DNA of 64,000 nucleotides from Trueperaceae bacterium (GTDB lineage Bacteria > Deinococcota > Deinococci > Deinococcales > Trueperaceae): positions 160,001-224,000 of the forward strand of contig JAXHNB010000005.1 of NCBI GenBank assembly GCA_034520945.1, written 5' to 3'. The translations under genes were made by a program, and so were the position numbers. Shown one piece after another: positions 41,955-50,865 of the stretch (positions within the stretch are counted from its first letter, which is position 1; every line of letters starts with the position of its first letter). Below the pieces are notes generated by a model. It did no database searches. It was given only the letters and a program-made list of their open reading frames with translations, and was not told the origin of the DNA.

Positions 41955-43136
41955 ATGGCGCGCGTCAACCCCGCGCTGATCCGCCAGCTCAACGCCGCCC
42001 GCGTGTTCCACGCGGTACGGCTCACCCCCGGTGCATCGCAACGCCGCCTGTCCGAACTGACCGGTCTGGACAAGGCCACCATCTCGGCGGTGGTCGGACA
42101 ACTGGTCGACGACGGCCTGCTCAGCGGCGTGAAGGCGTCCAGCGGCCGGCCGGGTCGGCCCGAGGTGGCCCTCACCGTCGCGCCGCAGGCCGGCGTGTTG
42201 ATCGGGGCTCGCCTCGAGCTCGGCTCGGTCCGCCTGATGGCGGCCAGCCTGGCGGGCGACCCGATCCGCACCGTCCAGCACCCGGTGGGACGGGAGCCGG
42301 ACGAGGCGCTGGCCCTGCTGACGCGCACGGTGCCGGAACTGATCGATGCGCTGGGCGCTGAGTACGGCCCCGTGCGGGCGCTCGGGGTCGGCGTGCCCGC
42401 GCTGTTCGACGAGCACGGTGCCCTGGCGCTGGCCCCCAACCTCGGGTGGCGCGACGTGCCGGTCCGCGAACGCCTGCGCGCCGAACTCCACGTCCCCGTC
42501 TACGTCGACAACGACACCAAGGCGGCGGTGCTGGCCGAGACCCTGTTCGGCACCTGCCGCGAGGCGCAGGACATCCTGTTCGTGGCCGGCCAGTCCGGCA
42601 TCGGCGCCGCCCTGTACCTCGGCGGCCGTCTCTACCGCGGTCACAGCGGCTTCGCCGGCGAACTCGGTCACGTCAAGGTTCGGCCCGGCGGCCGGCCCTG
42701 CGGCTGCGGCGGCCGCGGCTGCCTGGAGGCCTACGCCTCCGAAGCCGCCATGCTCCGCTCCGCCGCCGAGGCGGGCCTGCCGGCCCGCGATCTGCCCGCC
42801 CTGGTCACCGCCGCCAATGAGGGCGACCGTACCGCCCGCCGCATCCTCCGGCAGGCCGGCGACCTGTTGGGCAACGCCTGCGCCGACCTGGTCACCCTGT
42901 TGAACCCGGAACGGATCGTGCTGGGCGGCGCCATCGCTGCCGCCGCCAGCTACCTGATCCCGCGCATGCGGACGCGGCTGGACCGCCGCGCGCTGGGGCC
43001 GCCCCGCGCCCGCTGCGTCGTGCAGGCCTCCTCCTTCGGCGAGGACGCCGTCACCATGGGGGGCGTCGCCTTGGCGCTGGAAGGGGTCCTGTCCCTGCCC
43101 GCCTGGATGCTGGCCCGCGAGTTCCGCACCGGGTAG
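41955..43136 (+). CDS. ROK family transcriptional repressor (XylR-like)
   Basis: N-terminal wHTH, GRP, VDND, AGELGH, CGCGGRGCLE. Confidence 0.93.
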   Translation: MARVNPALIRQLNAARVFHAVRLTPGASQRRLSELTGLDKATISAVVGQLVDDGLLSGVKASSGRPGRPEVALTVAPQAGVLIGARLELGSVRLMAASLAGDPIRTVQHPVGREPDEALALLTRTVPELIDALGAEYGPVRALGVGVPALFDEHGALALAPNLGWRDVPVRERLRAELHVPVYVDNDTKAAVLAETLFGTCREAQDILFVAGQSGIGAALYLGGRLYRGHSGFAGELGHVKVRPGGRPCGCGGRGCLEAYASEAAMLRSAAEAGLPARDLPALVTAANEGDRTARRILRQAGDLLGNACADLVTLLNPERIVLGGAIAAAASYLIPRMRTRLDRRALGPPRARCVVQASSFGEDAVTMGGVALALEGVLSLPAWMLAREFRTG

Positions 43137-43238
43137 GACGCGGGACGGCGCGCCCTTCACGCCCGCCTGACAAGCGCGGTAGCATCCTGCGCGGTCGGCG
43201 CGGCCCCCGCGCCCGAACCCGCGACCAGGAGGACGTAC

Positions 43239-44327
43239 GTGCCCAGCGCTGATTCGACCCGCCCCTCGGACGCACCGATTCGCGCCGCCCTCGTCGGCGT
43301 CGGCGGCATCTCGCCCCTCCACGCCGAGGGGTACCGGCGGGCCGGCGCCGAGATCGTGGCGCTGGCCGACGTCGACGAAGCCACGCTGGCGCGCCGCGCC
43401 GAGGCGTGGTCCGTGCCGGCGACCTACCGCGACGCGGCCCGCATGTTCGCGGAGGTCCGGCCCGACGTGGTCACGATCGCCACGCCGGTGTCCACCCATC
43501 ACGAGGTGGTGATGGCCGCCGCGAAGGCCGGCGTGCACGTGCTGTGCGAGAAGCCGATCAGCCTGGACCTGCGCCGCGCCGACGAGATGATCATTGCCTG
43601 CCGCGACGCCGGCGTGGTGCTCCAGATCGGGCATCAGCTGCGCTCGGACGGCGCGGTCGCCCAGGCAGGGCGCATGATCGATGAGGGCACCCTCGGCGAC
43701 ATCGCCTTCGTGCGCCTACGGCAGGCACACGACTGGGGCGGCGCGCACGAGGTGCGCGCCAGCTTCGCGACCCGCGCCTCGGGCGGCGGCGGCACGCTGC
43801 TGGACAACGGCTGCCACATGATGGACCTGGCCCGCTTCTTCGCGGGGAACGTCGAGGAGGTGTACACCCGCATGGCCACCCGCAAGTGGGGGGTCGAGCT
43901 GGAGGACACCTCGCTGGTGTCGCTGCGCTTCGCCTCGGGCGCGCTGGGGTCGATCGAGAACGGCTGGACCGCGACCGGCTGGGAGGAGGGGTTCTGGATC
44001 TACGGCAGCGAGGGCTCGCTGGAGTACACCAACCGCCACCAGGCGCCGGTCCTCCGGCACGCCTTCCGTGATTCGCCCGGCACCACCTGGGCCGGCACCG
44101 ACGTCAGCGAGACCCGCTTCGCCGGCGACCGGGCGCACCACCGCCAGGTGCGCGCGTTCCTGCAGGCCGTCCGCGGCGAGCGCGACGTCGTCTGCCGCGG
44201 CGAGGACGGCCGCGAGGCGGTCCGGCTGGTCCTGGCCGCCTACGACAGCGCCGACGCCAACCGGCCGTTGCCGGTGGACCGTGCGTCGACGTCGCTGGAC
44301 TCGGCGGGGGTGGCGCCGGGGGACTGA
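43239..44327 (+). CDS. Gfo/Idh/MocA oxidoreductase
   Basis: LVGVGGI, HVLCEKP, GGGTLLDNGCH. Confidence 0.92.
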   Translation: MPSADSTRPSDAPIRAALVGVGGISPLHAEGYRRAGAEIVALADVDEATLARRAEAWSVPATYRDAARMFAEVRPDVVTIATPVSTHHEVVMAAAKAGVHVLCEKPISLDLRRADEMIIACRDAGVVLQIGHQLRSDGAVAQAGRMIDEGTLGDIAFVRLRQAHDWGGAHEVRASFATRASGGGGTLLDNGCHMMDLARFFAGNVEEVYTRMATRKWGVELEDTSLVSLRFASGALGSIENGWTATGWEEGFWIYGSEGSLEYTNRHQAPVLRHAFRDSPGTTWAGTDVSETRFAGDRAHHRQVRAFLQAVRGERDVVCRGEDGREAVRLVLAAYDSADANRPLPVDRASTSLDSAGVAPGD

Positions 44328-44365
44328 AGGAGCGACGCCGCGCGCCGCGCCGGTGCAGGCGCGCT

Positions 44366-44704
44366 TCAGCGATCGTCGCCGGAGCCGCCGATCACGCCGC
44401 GCGACGCCCGGTCCGCCAGCTTGTCGAGGTTCGCGCGGGCGACCTCCTCCAGCGAGATGCCCAGGTCGGCCGAGATGCTGGCCAGGTACCACAGCACGTC
44501 GCCCAACTCCCGCGTCAGCGCCTCCCGCGCGCCGAGCGGCAGCGCCTCGCCCGGCCGCCAGCCCTCGTCGCGCATCAGCTTGCCGAGCTTCTCGCTCACC
44601 TCGCCGGCCTCGCCACTCAGCTTGAGGACGGGGTACAGCAGCCGCGCTTCGTCGGGGTAGTGGGCGGTGGCGCGGGCGCCCTCCTGATACTCCTGAAGCG
44701 TCAT
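44366..44704 (-). CDS. MazG-like nucleoside triphosphate pyrophosphohydrolase
   Basis: GEAGEVSEK, ELGDVLWY, N..KL..R, GSGDDR; TAGCAT 6 nt before ATG. Confidence 0.9.
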   Translation of the reverse strand: MTLQEYQEGARATAHYPDEARLLYPVLKLSGEAGEVSEKLGKLMRDEGWRPGEALPLGAREALTRELGDVLWYLASISADLGISLEEVARANLDKLADRASRGVIGGSGDDR

Positions 44705-44865
44705 GGCGGGATGCTACCAGCCCCCGTCCCGACGAGCCTTGGACGGGCGCCGCGTTGACGTGCGGCCGGTGCCGTGGTAGCCGTGCACGCGTCCACACCA
44801 CAACCGTACGTCTCGCTGGAAATTCCGGAACCATCAGGGGGCGAGAACCATGGTGCGCCCATTCC

Positions 44866-47598
44866 ATGAACGCGTCACTCCGCACGTTTCTCCGCGTGGT
44901 CGCCCTTGCCGCGATGGCGGCGGCCACGCTATCCCTCGCCGGTTGCCGCACGGGTGAGGGGTCGCCGCCGGACGGCGATGCCGGCCAGATGCTCGCACCG
45001 GGTGGATCGCTGAGCGGGGACCGAGGCGTCCAGCTCGGCGCGCCCGAAGGAAGCCTGGAGGCCCCGGTGGAGGTCGCGATCGAGGCGGCCTCGGTCCCGT
45101 CCGAACCGCCGTTGCCGTCCGAGGCGCGCGCCGTGGGGGAGGCGGTTCGTCTTTCCAGCGACGAGGACCGCGACCTGCGGGGCGAGACGCCCCTCGGGCT
45201 GGCGCTTCCCATTCCGGACGACGCCGACGCGTCCCGTTTGGCGCTCGCCATCCGGCTCCCCGCCGAAGACGCAGCCCCCGACCGGTTCCACCCCACCCAC
45301 GATCGTCTCTGGAGCATCCTGCCCGGCGTGGTCGACCCGGACGACGAGATGTTCGTCGTGCGCCTGCGCGCCCTGGCCGAAGCGGGGCACGAGATGGTCC
45401 TGGTCGAAGGCGACGGGTACGCGCCGCCGTCGTTCGACATCCTCGAGATCGAGGAGACCGCGGAGGACGGGGCCGGCCGGGCGTCGCGCACGGCCGAACC
45501 GCAGCAGGCGGGGTCGTTGGAGCCGCAGCGGTTCTTGCGCTTCAATTTCCGCAAGAAGCGCGAGGACTTCGTGATCAAGTGCGCCGGCTTCGGCTCGCCC
45601 CCCGACCCCTCCGTGTGTGGCCCGGGCCAGAAGAGCGCCGTGCGCGGCTACCTACGCGACGTCTACGCCGACTTCGTCTCCGACTTCCGCAAGCCGGACC
45701 TGGCCCGCATCGCCGGCGAGGTGGGCGGCCAGAAGGGCTCGTACTACCTCTACAAGATCCGCAAGGACGGGACCGGGGTCTGTGACGGTATCGGTGGCAT
45801 GTACGTCGCGCCGACGAACCTCGGCATCACCTGCCACGAGGGCCTCGGCACCCCGTCGGAGAACACCACCCGCATGGAGTTCTTCCACGCGATCCAGTTC
45901 AACTACGCGCCGATCAGTTGGCACAAGCTCGCCAAGACACGGCAGGACTGGATCCTGGAGGGCACCGCCAGCTTCGTCGAGAACCCCGCCTCAAACGCCA
46001 CCACCGCCATCCGCGACCCTCAGGAGCGCTCGCTTCGTGAGGTGAACATCGCGGTGGAGGAGACCCGGGACGGCGACGATCCCGCCTACGAGATTCAGGA
46101 CTTCTGGGTCTACCTCATCCGTGCGAACGGCACGACGCCCAGGGCGGCCCTGGACCCGCTGTTCAAGCGCGGCGCGACGACCGAAGACGTCGACGACATG
46201 CTGAGGGCCAACTCGGCGGTCCCCTCCGGCTACGATCTCGAGGAGGCCCACTGGGGCTGGGTCCGCAACCAGGCGTTCGAGGCCACGGTGACGCAGGGCA
46301 ACGGCGCCCTCAACGCATCTTGCGTCTTCGACCCAGCAGCGTTCGAAGGTTCGCCGGAGCAGATCTCCTACGACGTGGGGTCCCGCAGCGACGAGCTGAC
46401 CCGCTCGGTCGGGCCCATCGGAGACCTGCGCGCCACGGTGGTGGAGGTCCAGTTGGAGAACAGCTCCAGCGATACGCAGCTGGCCCGCGTCGAAGCCAGC
46501 GGCTCGCTGGACGCGAGGGTCAAGCTCTACCGAGGTGTGAGCAGCGCCACGACCGACTGCGTCAACGTCTCGCGGTCCCGGTCGAACGAACACGAGCTCG
46601 AGCTCTCCCTCGACCCCGGTCAGAATCGCACCGTGTACGCGCTGCTGTCCAACAGCGACATCGCGGGCCCGATCGAGACCTTCGACGTGCGCGTCGGGAC
46701 GCTCGAAGCGATCGGCGTCGAGATCACCGAGCCGGCCGACGGCGCCGCCTTTCCGGAAGGCACGTTGGTCGGCTTCGAGGCGGACGTGCGTTTCTCGGGC
46801 ACGTACGAGCTGGACTGGTCCACGGACGGCGCGTACGCCGGTGCGGGCGGCATCACCGGCGCCGGCACCTCCTTGCTCTGCCCGGACGCGCATTTGATCA
46901 CGGCCGAGGCGACGCTGCAGACGGGGAGCGGCCCCGTGACGGTGTCCGATGAGGTCGCCATCGACATCGAGAACCGCGAGCCCAGCATCGCCATCACCGA
47001 CCGTCCCTCCGGCGACAGCGTGGAGGAGGACGCGCGCGTCACGGTCCGCGCGCGGGCCGACGACCGGTCCTGCAGCACCGGCCACAACGCGAACTCTGCC
47101 GACCAGCGCGAGATCGACTGGTACGTGAACGGCAGCCAGGTCGCGTCGGGCGCTACGCTGATCCATGACGTGAACGCCAGCCCCGGCAGCGCGTTGGACA
47201 TTCAGGCCGAGTACACCGACGAGGCCGGCGCGACGGCCAAGACCGAGGTGCTGGCGTACGACGTCGTCGAGGCGCCCGACGGGCCTCGGCCCCCGAACGT
47301 GACGATCGTGCACCCGCCCGACGGGGACACGCTGTACCGGCCGTGCGGCGAACTTCGCCTCGAAGCGGACGCTGAAGATCCGGACGGCGGCACGATCGAC
47401 GCCTACGACTGGGTCGTGAGCGGTCCCACCGGCTTCAGCAAGAGCTACCAGGGCAACGACATCGTGATCCGGCTTTGGACCTGCTCGGAGCCCATCTTCA
47501 ACGAGCCGGGCGACTTCGACATCGAGGTCACCGTCACCGACGACGAGGGCCAACAGGCCTCGAGCAGCATCGAGGTCACGGTCATTCCGGGGACCTAA
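44866..47598 (+). CDS. Large lipoprotein: ZU5-like domain, peptidase-like domain and Ig/PKD-like repeats
   Basis: Lipobox LAGC; MEFFHAIQ...WILEGTA; VEITEPADG, AEDPDG..Y.W, VTVTDDEG. Confidence 0.8.
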   Translation: MNASLRTFLRVVALAAMAAATLSLAGCRTGEGSPPDGDAGQMLAPGGSLSGDRGVQLGAPEGSLEAPVEVAIEAASVPSEPPLPSEARAVGEAVRLSSDEDRDLRGETPLGLALPIPDDADASRLALAIRLPAEDAAPDRFHPTHDRLWSILPGVVDPDDEMFVVRLRALAEAGHEMVLVEGDGYAPPSFDILEIEETAEDGAGRASRTAEPQQAGSLEPQRFLRFNFRKKREDFVIKCAGFGSPPDPSVCGPGQKSAVRGYLRDVYADFVSDFRKPDLARIAGEVGGQKGSYYLYKIRKDGTGVCDGIGGMYVAPTNLGITCHEGLGTPSENTTRMEFFHAIQFNYAPISWHKLAKTRQDWILEGTASFVENPASNATTAIRDPQERSLREVNIAVEETRDGDDPAYEIQDFWVYLIRANGTTPRAALDPLFKRGATTEDVDDMLRANSAVPSGYDLEEAHWGWVRNQAFEATVTQGNGALNASCVFDPAAFEGSPEQISYDVGSRSDELTRSVGPIGDLRATVVEVQLENSSSDTQLARVEASGSLDARVKLYRGVSSATTDCVNVSRSRSNEHELELSLDPGQNRTVYALLSNSDIAGPIETFDVRVGTLEAIGVEITEPADGAAFPEGTLVGFEADVRFSGTYELDWSTDGAYAGAGGITGAGTSLLCPDAHLITAEATLQTGSGPVTVSDEVAIDIENREPSIAITDRPSGDSVEEDARVTVRARADDRSCSTGHNANSADQREIDWYVNGSQVASGATLIHDVNASPGSALDIQAEYTDEAGATAKTEVLAYDVVEAPDGPRPPNVTIVHPPDGDTLYRPCGELRLEADAEDPDGGTIDAYDWVVSGPTGFSKSYQGNDIVIRLWTCSEPIFNEPGDFDIEVTVTDDEGQQASSSIEVTVIPGT

Positions 47599-47702
47599 CA
47601 ATGCGCGCCCCCCTCGCGGGGCGACCATCGGCAGGGTGACCCGTTTCCGAGGGCCACCGTGCCATGCCACGCACGGAGGCCAGTGGGGCTCGCTCCGGCG
47701 CC

Positions 47703-47731
47703 TTGCGAGCCCCAGGTCCCTGTGATACGCT
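47703..47731 (+). promoter_or_regulatory. Promoter of tRNA-Asn
   Basis: TTGCGA, 17 nt, TACGCT. Confidence 0.6.
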
Positions 47732-47755
47732 CTGCCTCGCCCGAATGGGCCTCGG

Positions 47756-47830
47756 TCGGCGGTAGCTCAGTGGTAGAGCGATCGGCTGTTAACCGATTGG
47801 TCGCTGGTTCGAATCCAGCCCGCCGAGCCA
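47756..47830 (+). tRNA. tRNA-Asn(GTT)
   Basis: TCGGCGG/CCGCCGA acceptor, ATCGG-CTGTTAA-CCGAT arm, GGTTCGAATCC, CCA. Confidence 0.97.
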
Positions 47831-47846
47831 ACACGTGCAGGACGTA

Positions 47847-47876
47847 AGAATCGCCCGCCATGACGCGGGCGATTCT
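47847..47876 (+). terminator. Hairpin after tRNA-Asn
   Basis: AGAATCGCCCGC-CATGAC-GCGGGCGATTCT, 12-bp stem. Confidence 0.65.
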
Positions 47877-47881
47877 GCGTG

Positions 47882-47903
47882 GAGGGTGCCAAGAGGGTGC
47901 CAA
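47882..47903 (+). repeat. Tandem 11-bp direct repeat GAGGGTGCCAA x2
   Basis: Exact tandem copy plus partial CGCCAA, about 50 nt after the tRNA 3' end. Confidence 0.85.
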
Positions 47904-47979
47904 ACGCCAAGGACGCGATTTGATGGGGCGCGCGTTCGGCCGAACAGCTTCAAAACGGGACTAGGCGGTAGAATGAGCC

Positions 47980-48171
47980 GTGGACTTCGAAGAACGCTAC
48001 GGACGCTTTGGGGAGGAGGACGACTTCGATCGCGCCTTCTGGGCGAAGCAGCCGCGCGAGGTCGTGTTCGACGCGGCGTACGGGATGATCAAGGACTACC
48101 TGCTCCTGAGGGACTGCCGTGCTGACGAGCCCCGACTTCAAAGAACTGTTGAGTCTTTTCGCCGCGTATGA
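47980..48171 (+). CDS. Small hypothetical protein (63 aa), partner of nucleotidyltransferase
   Basis: TAGAAT 5 nt before GTG; D..FW...P....RLQRTV pattern; overlaps next gene. Confidence 0.65.
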   Translation: MDFEERYGRFGEEDDFDRAFWAKQPREVVFDAAYGMIKDYLLLRDCRADEPRLQRTVESFRRV

Positions 48172-48586
48172 CGTTCGCTACCTGATCATCGGCGGATACG
48201 CGGTCATGCGTTACGCGCAACCACGGTTCACGAAGGACCTGGACGTGCTCATCGCGGTGGACGACGAGAACGCGAAGGCGACGTACGATGCCTTGCGGGC
48301 GTTTGGGGCGCCGCTCGAGAATCTCACGCCCGACGACTTCGCCTCCAAAGGGGCGTATTATCAGCTGGGCGTTCCACCCATGCGTGTCGACGTGATGATG
48401 GACGTGCCCGGCATCGACTTCGGAGACGCATGGCAACAACGCGACACGATCGACGTCGGGGGCGTCCCGGTACACTTCATCGGGAAGAGCGACCTCGTTC
48501 GAGCCAAGAAGGCATCCGGACGTCCTCAGGACCTGCTCGACGTCGCAGCGCTCGAGGACCCATGGCCGTCGGGGCAAGACGGCTGA
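48119..48586 (+). CDS. Predicted nucleotidyltransferase (DUF6036-like)
   Basis: YLIIGGYAV, PRFTKDLD, K.ASGRPQDL.D. Confidence 0.85.
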   Translation: MLTSPDFKELLSLFAAYDVRYLIIGGYAVMRYAQPRFTKDLDVLIAVDDENAKATYDALRAFGAPLENLTPDDFASKGAYYQLGVPPMRVDVMMDVPGIDFGDAWQQRDTIDVGGVPVHFIGKSDLVRAKKASGRPQDLLDVAALEDPWPSGQDG

Positions 48587-48720
48587 AGCGCGAGGGCACG
48601 CCTCGCATCACACTGGCGCCAGGGTCAACGTACGCATGCAGGACCGCCCGCCCAGCGGCCGGGTGGCGACTTCAAGACGCCCATGGATCTTGCGCGTACG
48701 CGTACCACGCTTACGGGTGC

Positions 48721-48858
48721 GATTCGTTTGCCGAGTCACCAATCCCGTACGGTGGCGAGGTCGCCGAGGCTGAAACGTACGACGCCATTCGCTGGACCTT
48801 CGAGACGACGTTCGAGCCTGGGCAACGCGCGCTTCTTGTGTATCGCGTTCGGGTCGAG
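48721..48858 (+). pseudogene. C-terminal remnant of DUF11-like secreted protein
   Basis: FAESPI...ETYDAIRWTF...EPGQRALLVYRVRVE with no matching N-terminus, start or stop. Confidence 0.5.
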
Positions 48859-48998
48859 GGCACAGCCGATCCTGAGACCGTCCACAGGGACGGGACCGTC
48901 GTCGATGGATTCAGGTTCGACCGGGTCGGCATTCGCGATGTAGGAGCCGGGTACGTCTCGCCCGCAGGGACGCCTGTCCCCTGCACAGGGTGGCATAC

Positions 48999-49014
48999 AT
49001 CGACTATGGTCTAT
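48999..49014. promoter_or_regulatory. Putative ArsR operator overlapping -10
   Basis: ATCGAC-TATG-GTCTAT imperfect inverted repeat containing TATGGT, 7 nt before arsR ATG. Confidence 0.55.
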
Positions 49015-49017
49015 CTC

Positions 49018-49344
49018 ATGTTCGATTCTTCGATCCTACTCAGATCGCTCAGCGATCCCACCCGGTGGAAGATCCTCGAGTTTCTCGCCGCTCCGGTCCA
49101 GTCGCAGTGCCGTCGTGATGATGGCGTGTGCGGTTGTGACTTGGAGGCGTTCTTGGGGTTGTCGCAGCCGACGGTGAGTCATCACATGAAGCGGTTGGTG
49201 GAGGCGGGCGTGGTGCGTGCCGCGCGTGAGGGCCGCTGGGTGCACTACGAACTCGACGCGGAGGCGTTGCGGGTGTTGGCGGGCACGTTCGAGCGGTTCG
49301 CCCGCGCGGCGGACGCCCGCGCGGGCGAGGGGGTGACGGCGTGA
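49018..49344 (+). CDS. arsR: ArsR/SmtB repressor
   Basis: [27 protein letters not shown]. Confidence 0.93.
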   Translation: MFDSSILLRSLSDPTRWKILEFLAAPVQSQCRRDDGVCGCDLEAFLGLSQPTVSHHMKRLVEAGVVRAAREGRWVHYELDAEALRVLAGTFERFARAADARAGEGVTA

Positions 49345-50402
49345 CACGGCGGTTGTCGGTACTGGACCGGTTCCTGACGGTGTGGATCTTCACGGCGATG
49401 GGCTTGGGCGTGCTGTTGGGGTGGTCGTTGCCGGCGTTCGGGCGGGCGTTGGACGCGTTGAGCGTGGGCAGTACGAACATTCCGATCGCGATCGGGTTGA
49501 TCGTGATGATGTACCCGCCGCTGGCGAAGGTCCGGTACGGGGCGTTGCCGCGGGTGTTCCGCAACTGGCGGGTGTTGGGGTTGTCACTGATTCAGAACTG
49601 GCTGATCGGGCCCGTCCTGATGTTCGTGCTGGCGGTGGTGTTCCTCCGGGGTCACCCGGAGTACATGGTGGGGTTGATCCTGATCGGGTTGGCGCGCTGC
49701 ATCGCGATGGTGCTGGTGTGGAACGACCTGGCGGAGGGCGACAACGAGTACGCGGCGGGCCTGGTGGCGTTCAACAGCGTGTTCCAGATTTTGTTCTTCG
49801 GGGCGTACGCGTACGTGTTCATCACCGTCCTGCCGGCCTGGTTGGGGTTGCAGGGCAGCATCGTGGACGTCACCTTCATCGAGATCGCGCAAGCCGTGCT
49901 GATCTACTTGGGTGTGCCGTTCGCGGCGGGCATCCTCAGTCGCGTGATCCTGATCCCGCGCATGGGGCGCGATTGGTACGATCGCGTGTTCCTGCCGCGC
50001 ATCGGGCCGCTCACGCTGGTGGCGTTGTTGTTCACGATCGTGATGATGTTCAGCCTGAAGGGCGAGACGATCGTGCAGATCCCGCTCGACGTGATCACCA
50101 TCGCGGTGCCGTTGTTCTTGTACTTCGTGATCATGTTCCTGATCAGTTTCGCGATGGGCCGCCTGATCGGCGCGGACTACGCGAAGACCACCACCTTGTC
50201 GTTCACGGCGGCCAGCAACAACTTCGAACTGGCGTTGGCCGTCGCGATCAGCGTGTTCGGCCTGGGGTCCGGCGTCGCGTTCGCCGCCGTCATCGGCCCC
50301 CTCGTCGAAGTGCCCGTCCTGATCGGCCTGGTGCACGTCGCCCTGTGGTTGCGCCGCCGCGCCTTCCCCGCCACCGCCGCGCCCGAACCGATTCCGAAGT
50401 AG
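49341..50402 (+). CDS. acr3: Arsenite efflux transporter Acr3
   Basis: [36 protein letters not shown]. Confidence 0.97.
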   Translation: MTRRLSVLDRFLTVWIFTAMGLGVLLGWSLPAFGRALDALSVGSTNIPIAIGLIVMMYPPLAKVRYGALPRVFRNWRVLGLSLIQNWLIGPVLMFVLAVVFLRGHPEYMVGLILIGLARCIAMVLVWNDLAEGDNEYAAGLVAFNSVFQILFFGAYAYVFITVLPAWLGLQGSIVDVTFIEIAQAVLIYLGVPFAAGILSRVILIPRMGRDWYDRVFLPRIGPLTLVALLFTIVMMFSLKGETIVQIPLDVITIAVPLFLYFVIMFLISFAMGRLIGADYAKTTTLSFTAASNNFELALAVAISVFGLGSGVAFAAVIGPLVEVPVLIGLVHVALWLRRRAFPATAAPEPIPK

Positions 50403-50475
50403 GGGCGTACGCCGCCTGCACGGATGCGATTCGTCTGAAGCTCCACCCCCGATTCGACCTCGAGAGGACCCCCTG

Positions 50476-50865
50476 ATGACCGTGACCGTCTACGACCCAC
50501 CGATGTGTTGCTCGACCGGCGTGTGCGGAGCCGACGCCGATCCCCAGCTGGCTCGCTTCGCCGGCGACCTCGCCTGGCTTCGCGCGTGTGGCGTCGCCAT
50601 CGAACGTGTCAACCTCGCGCAGGAGCCCGCCCGCTTCTTGGAGGAGCCGGCCCTCCGGCCCCTGCTGGAAGCCGGCGGCGCCGACGACCTACCGGCCCTC
50701 GTGATCGACGGGCAGCTCGCGCTCTACGGTCGCTACCCCACACGAGGGGAATTGGCGCGCACCTTCGCGCTAGGCCCCGACGGTGACGAGGGATCCGTGC
50801 ACGCCTCGGGTCAGGAGCTCGGAATGGTCGCGGGCGGCTGCTGCGGCGACGAAGGCTGCTGCTGA
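50476..50865 (+). CDS. arsD: Arsenite metallochaperone ArsD
   Basis: YDPPMCCSTGVCG, NLAQEP, GRYP, C-terminal CC...CC. Confidence 0.96.
   Translation: MTVTVYDPPMCCSTGVCGADADPQLARFAGDLAWLRACGVAIERVNLAQEPARFLEEPALRPLLEAGGADDLPALVIDGQLALYGRYPTRGELARTFALGPDGDEGSVHASGQELGMVAGGCCGDEGCC

Noticed and set aside
44366..44704. MazG as a prophage or defence marker
   Set aside because: No phage or defence genes adjacent; a standalone housecleaning role is the simpler reading
48430..49344. 304-aa ArsR fusion protein
   Set aside because: The N-terminal part overlaps the NTase gene and a remnant; arsR has its own -10 and operator right before ATG 49018
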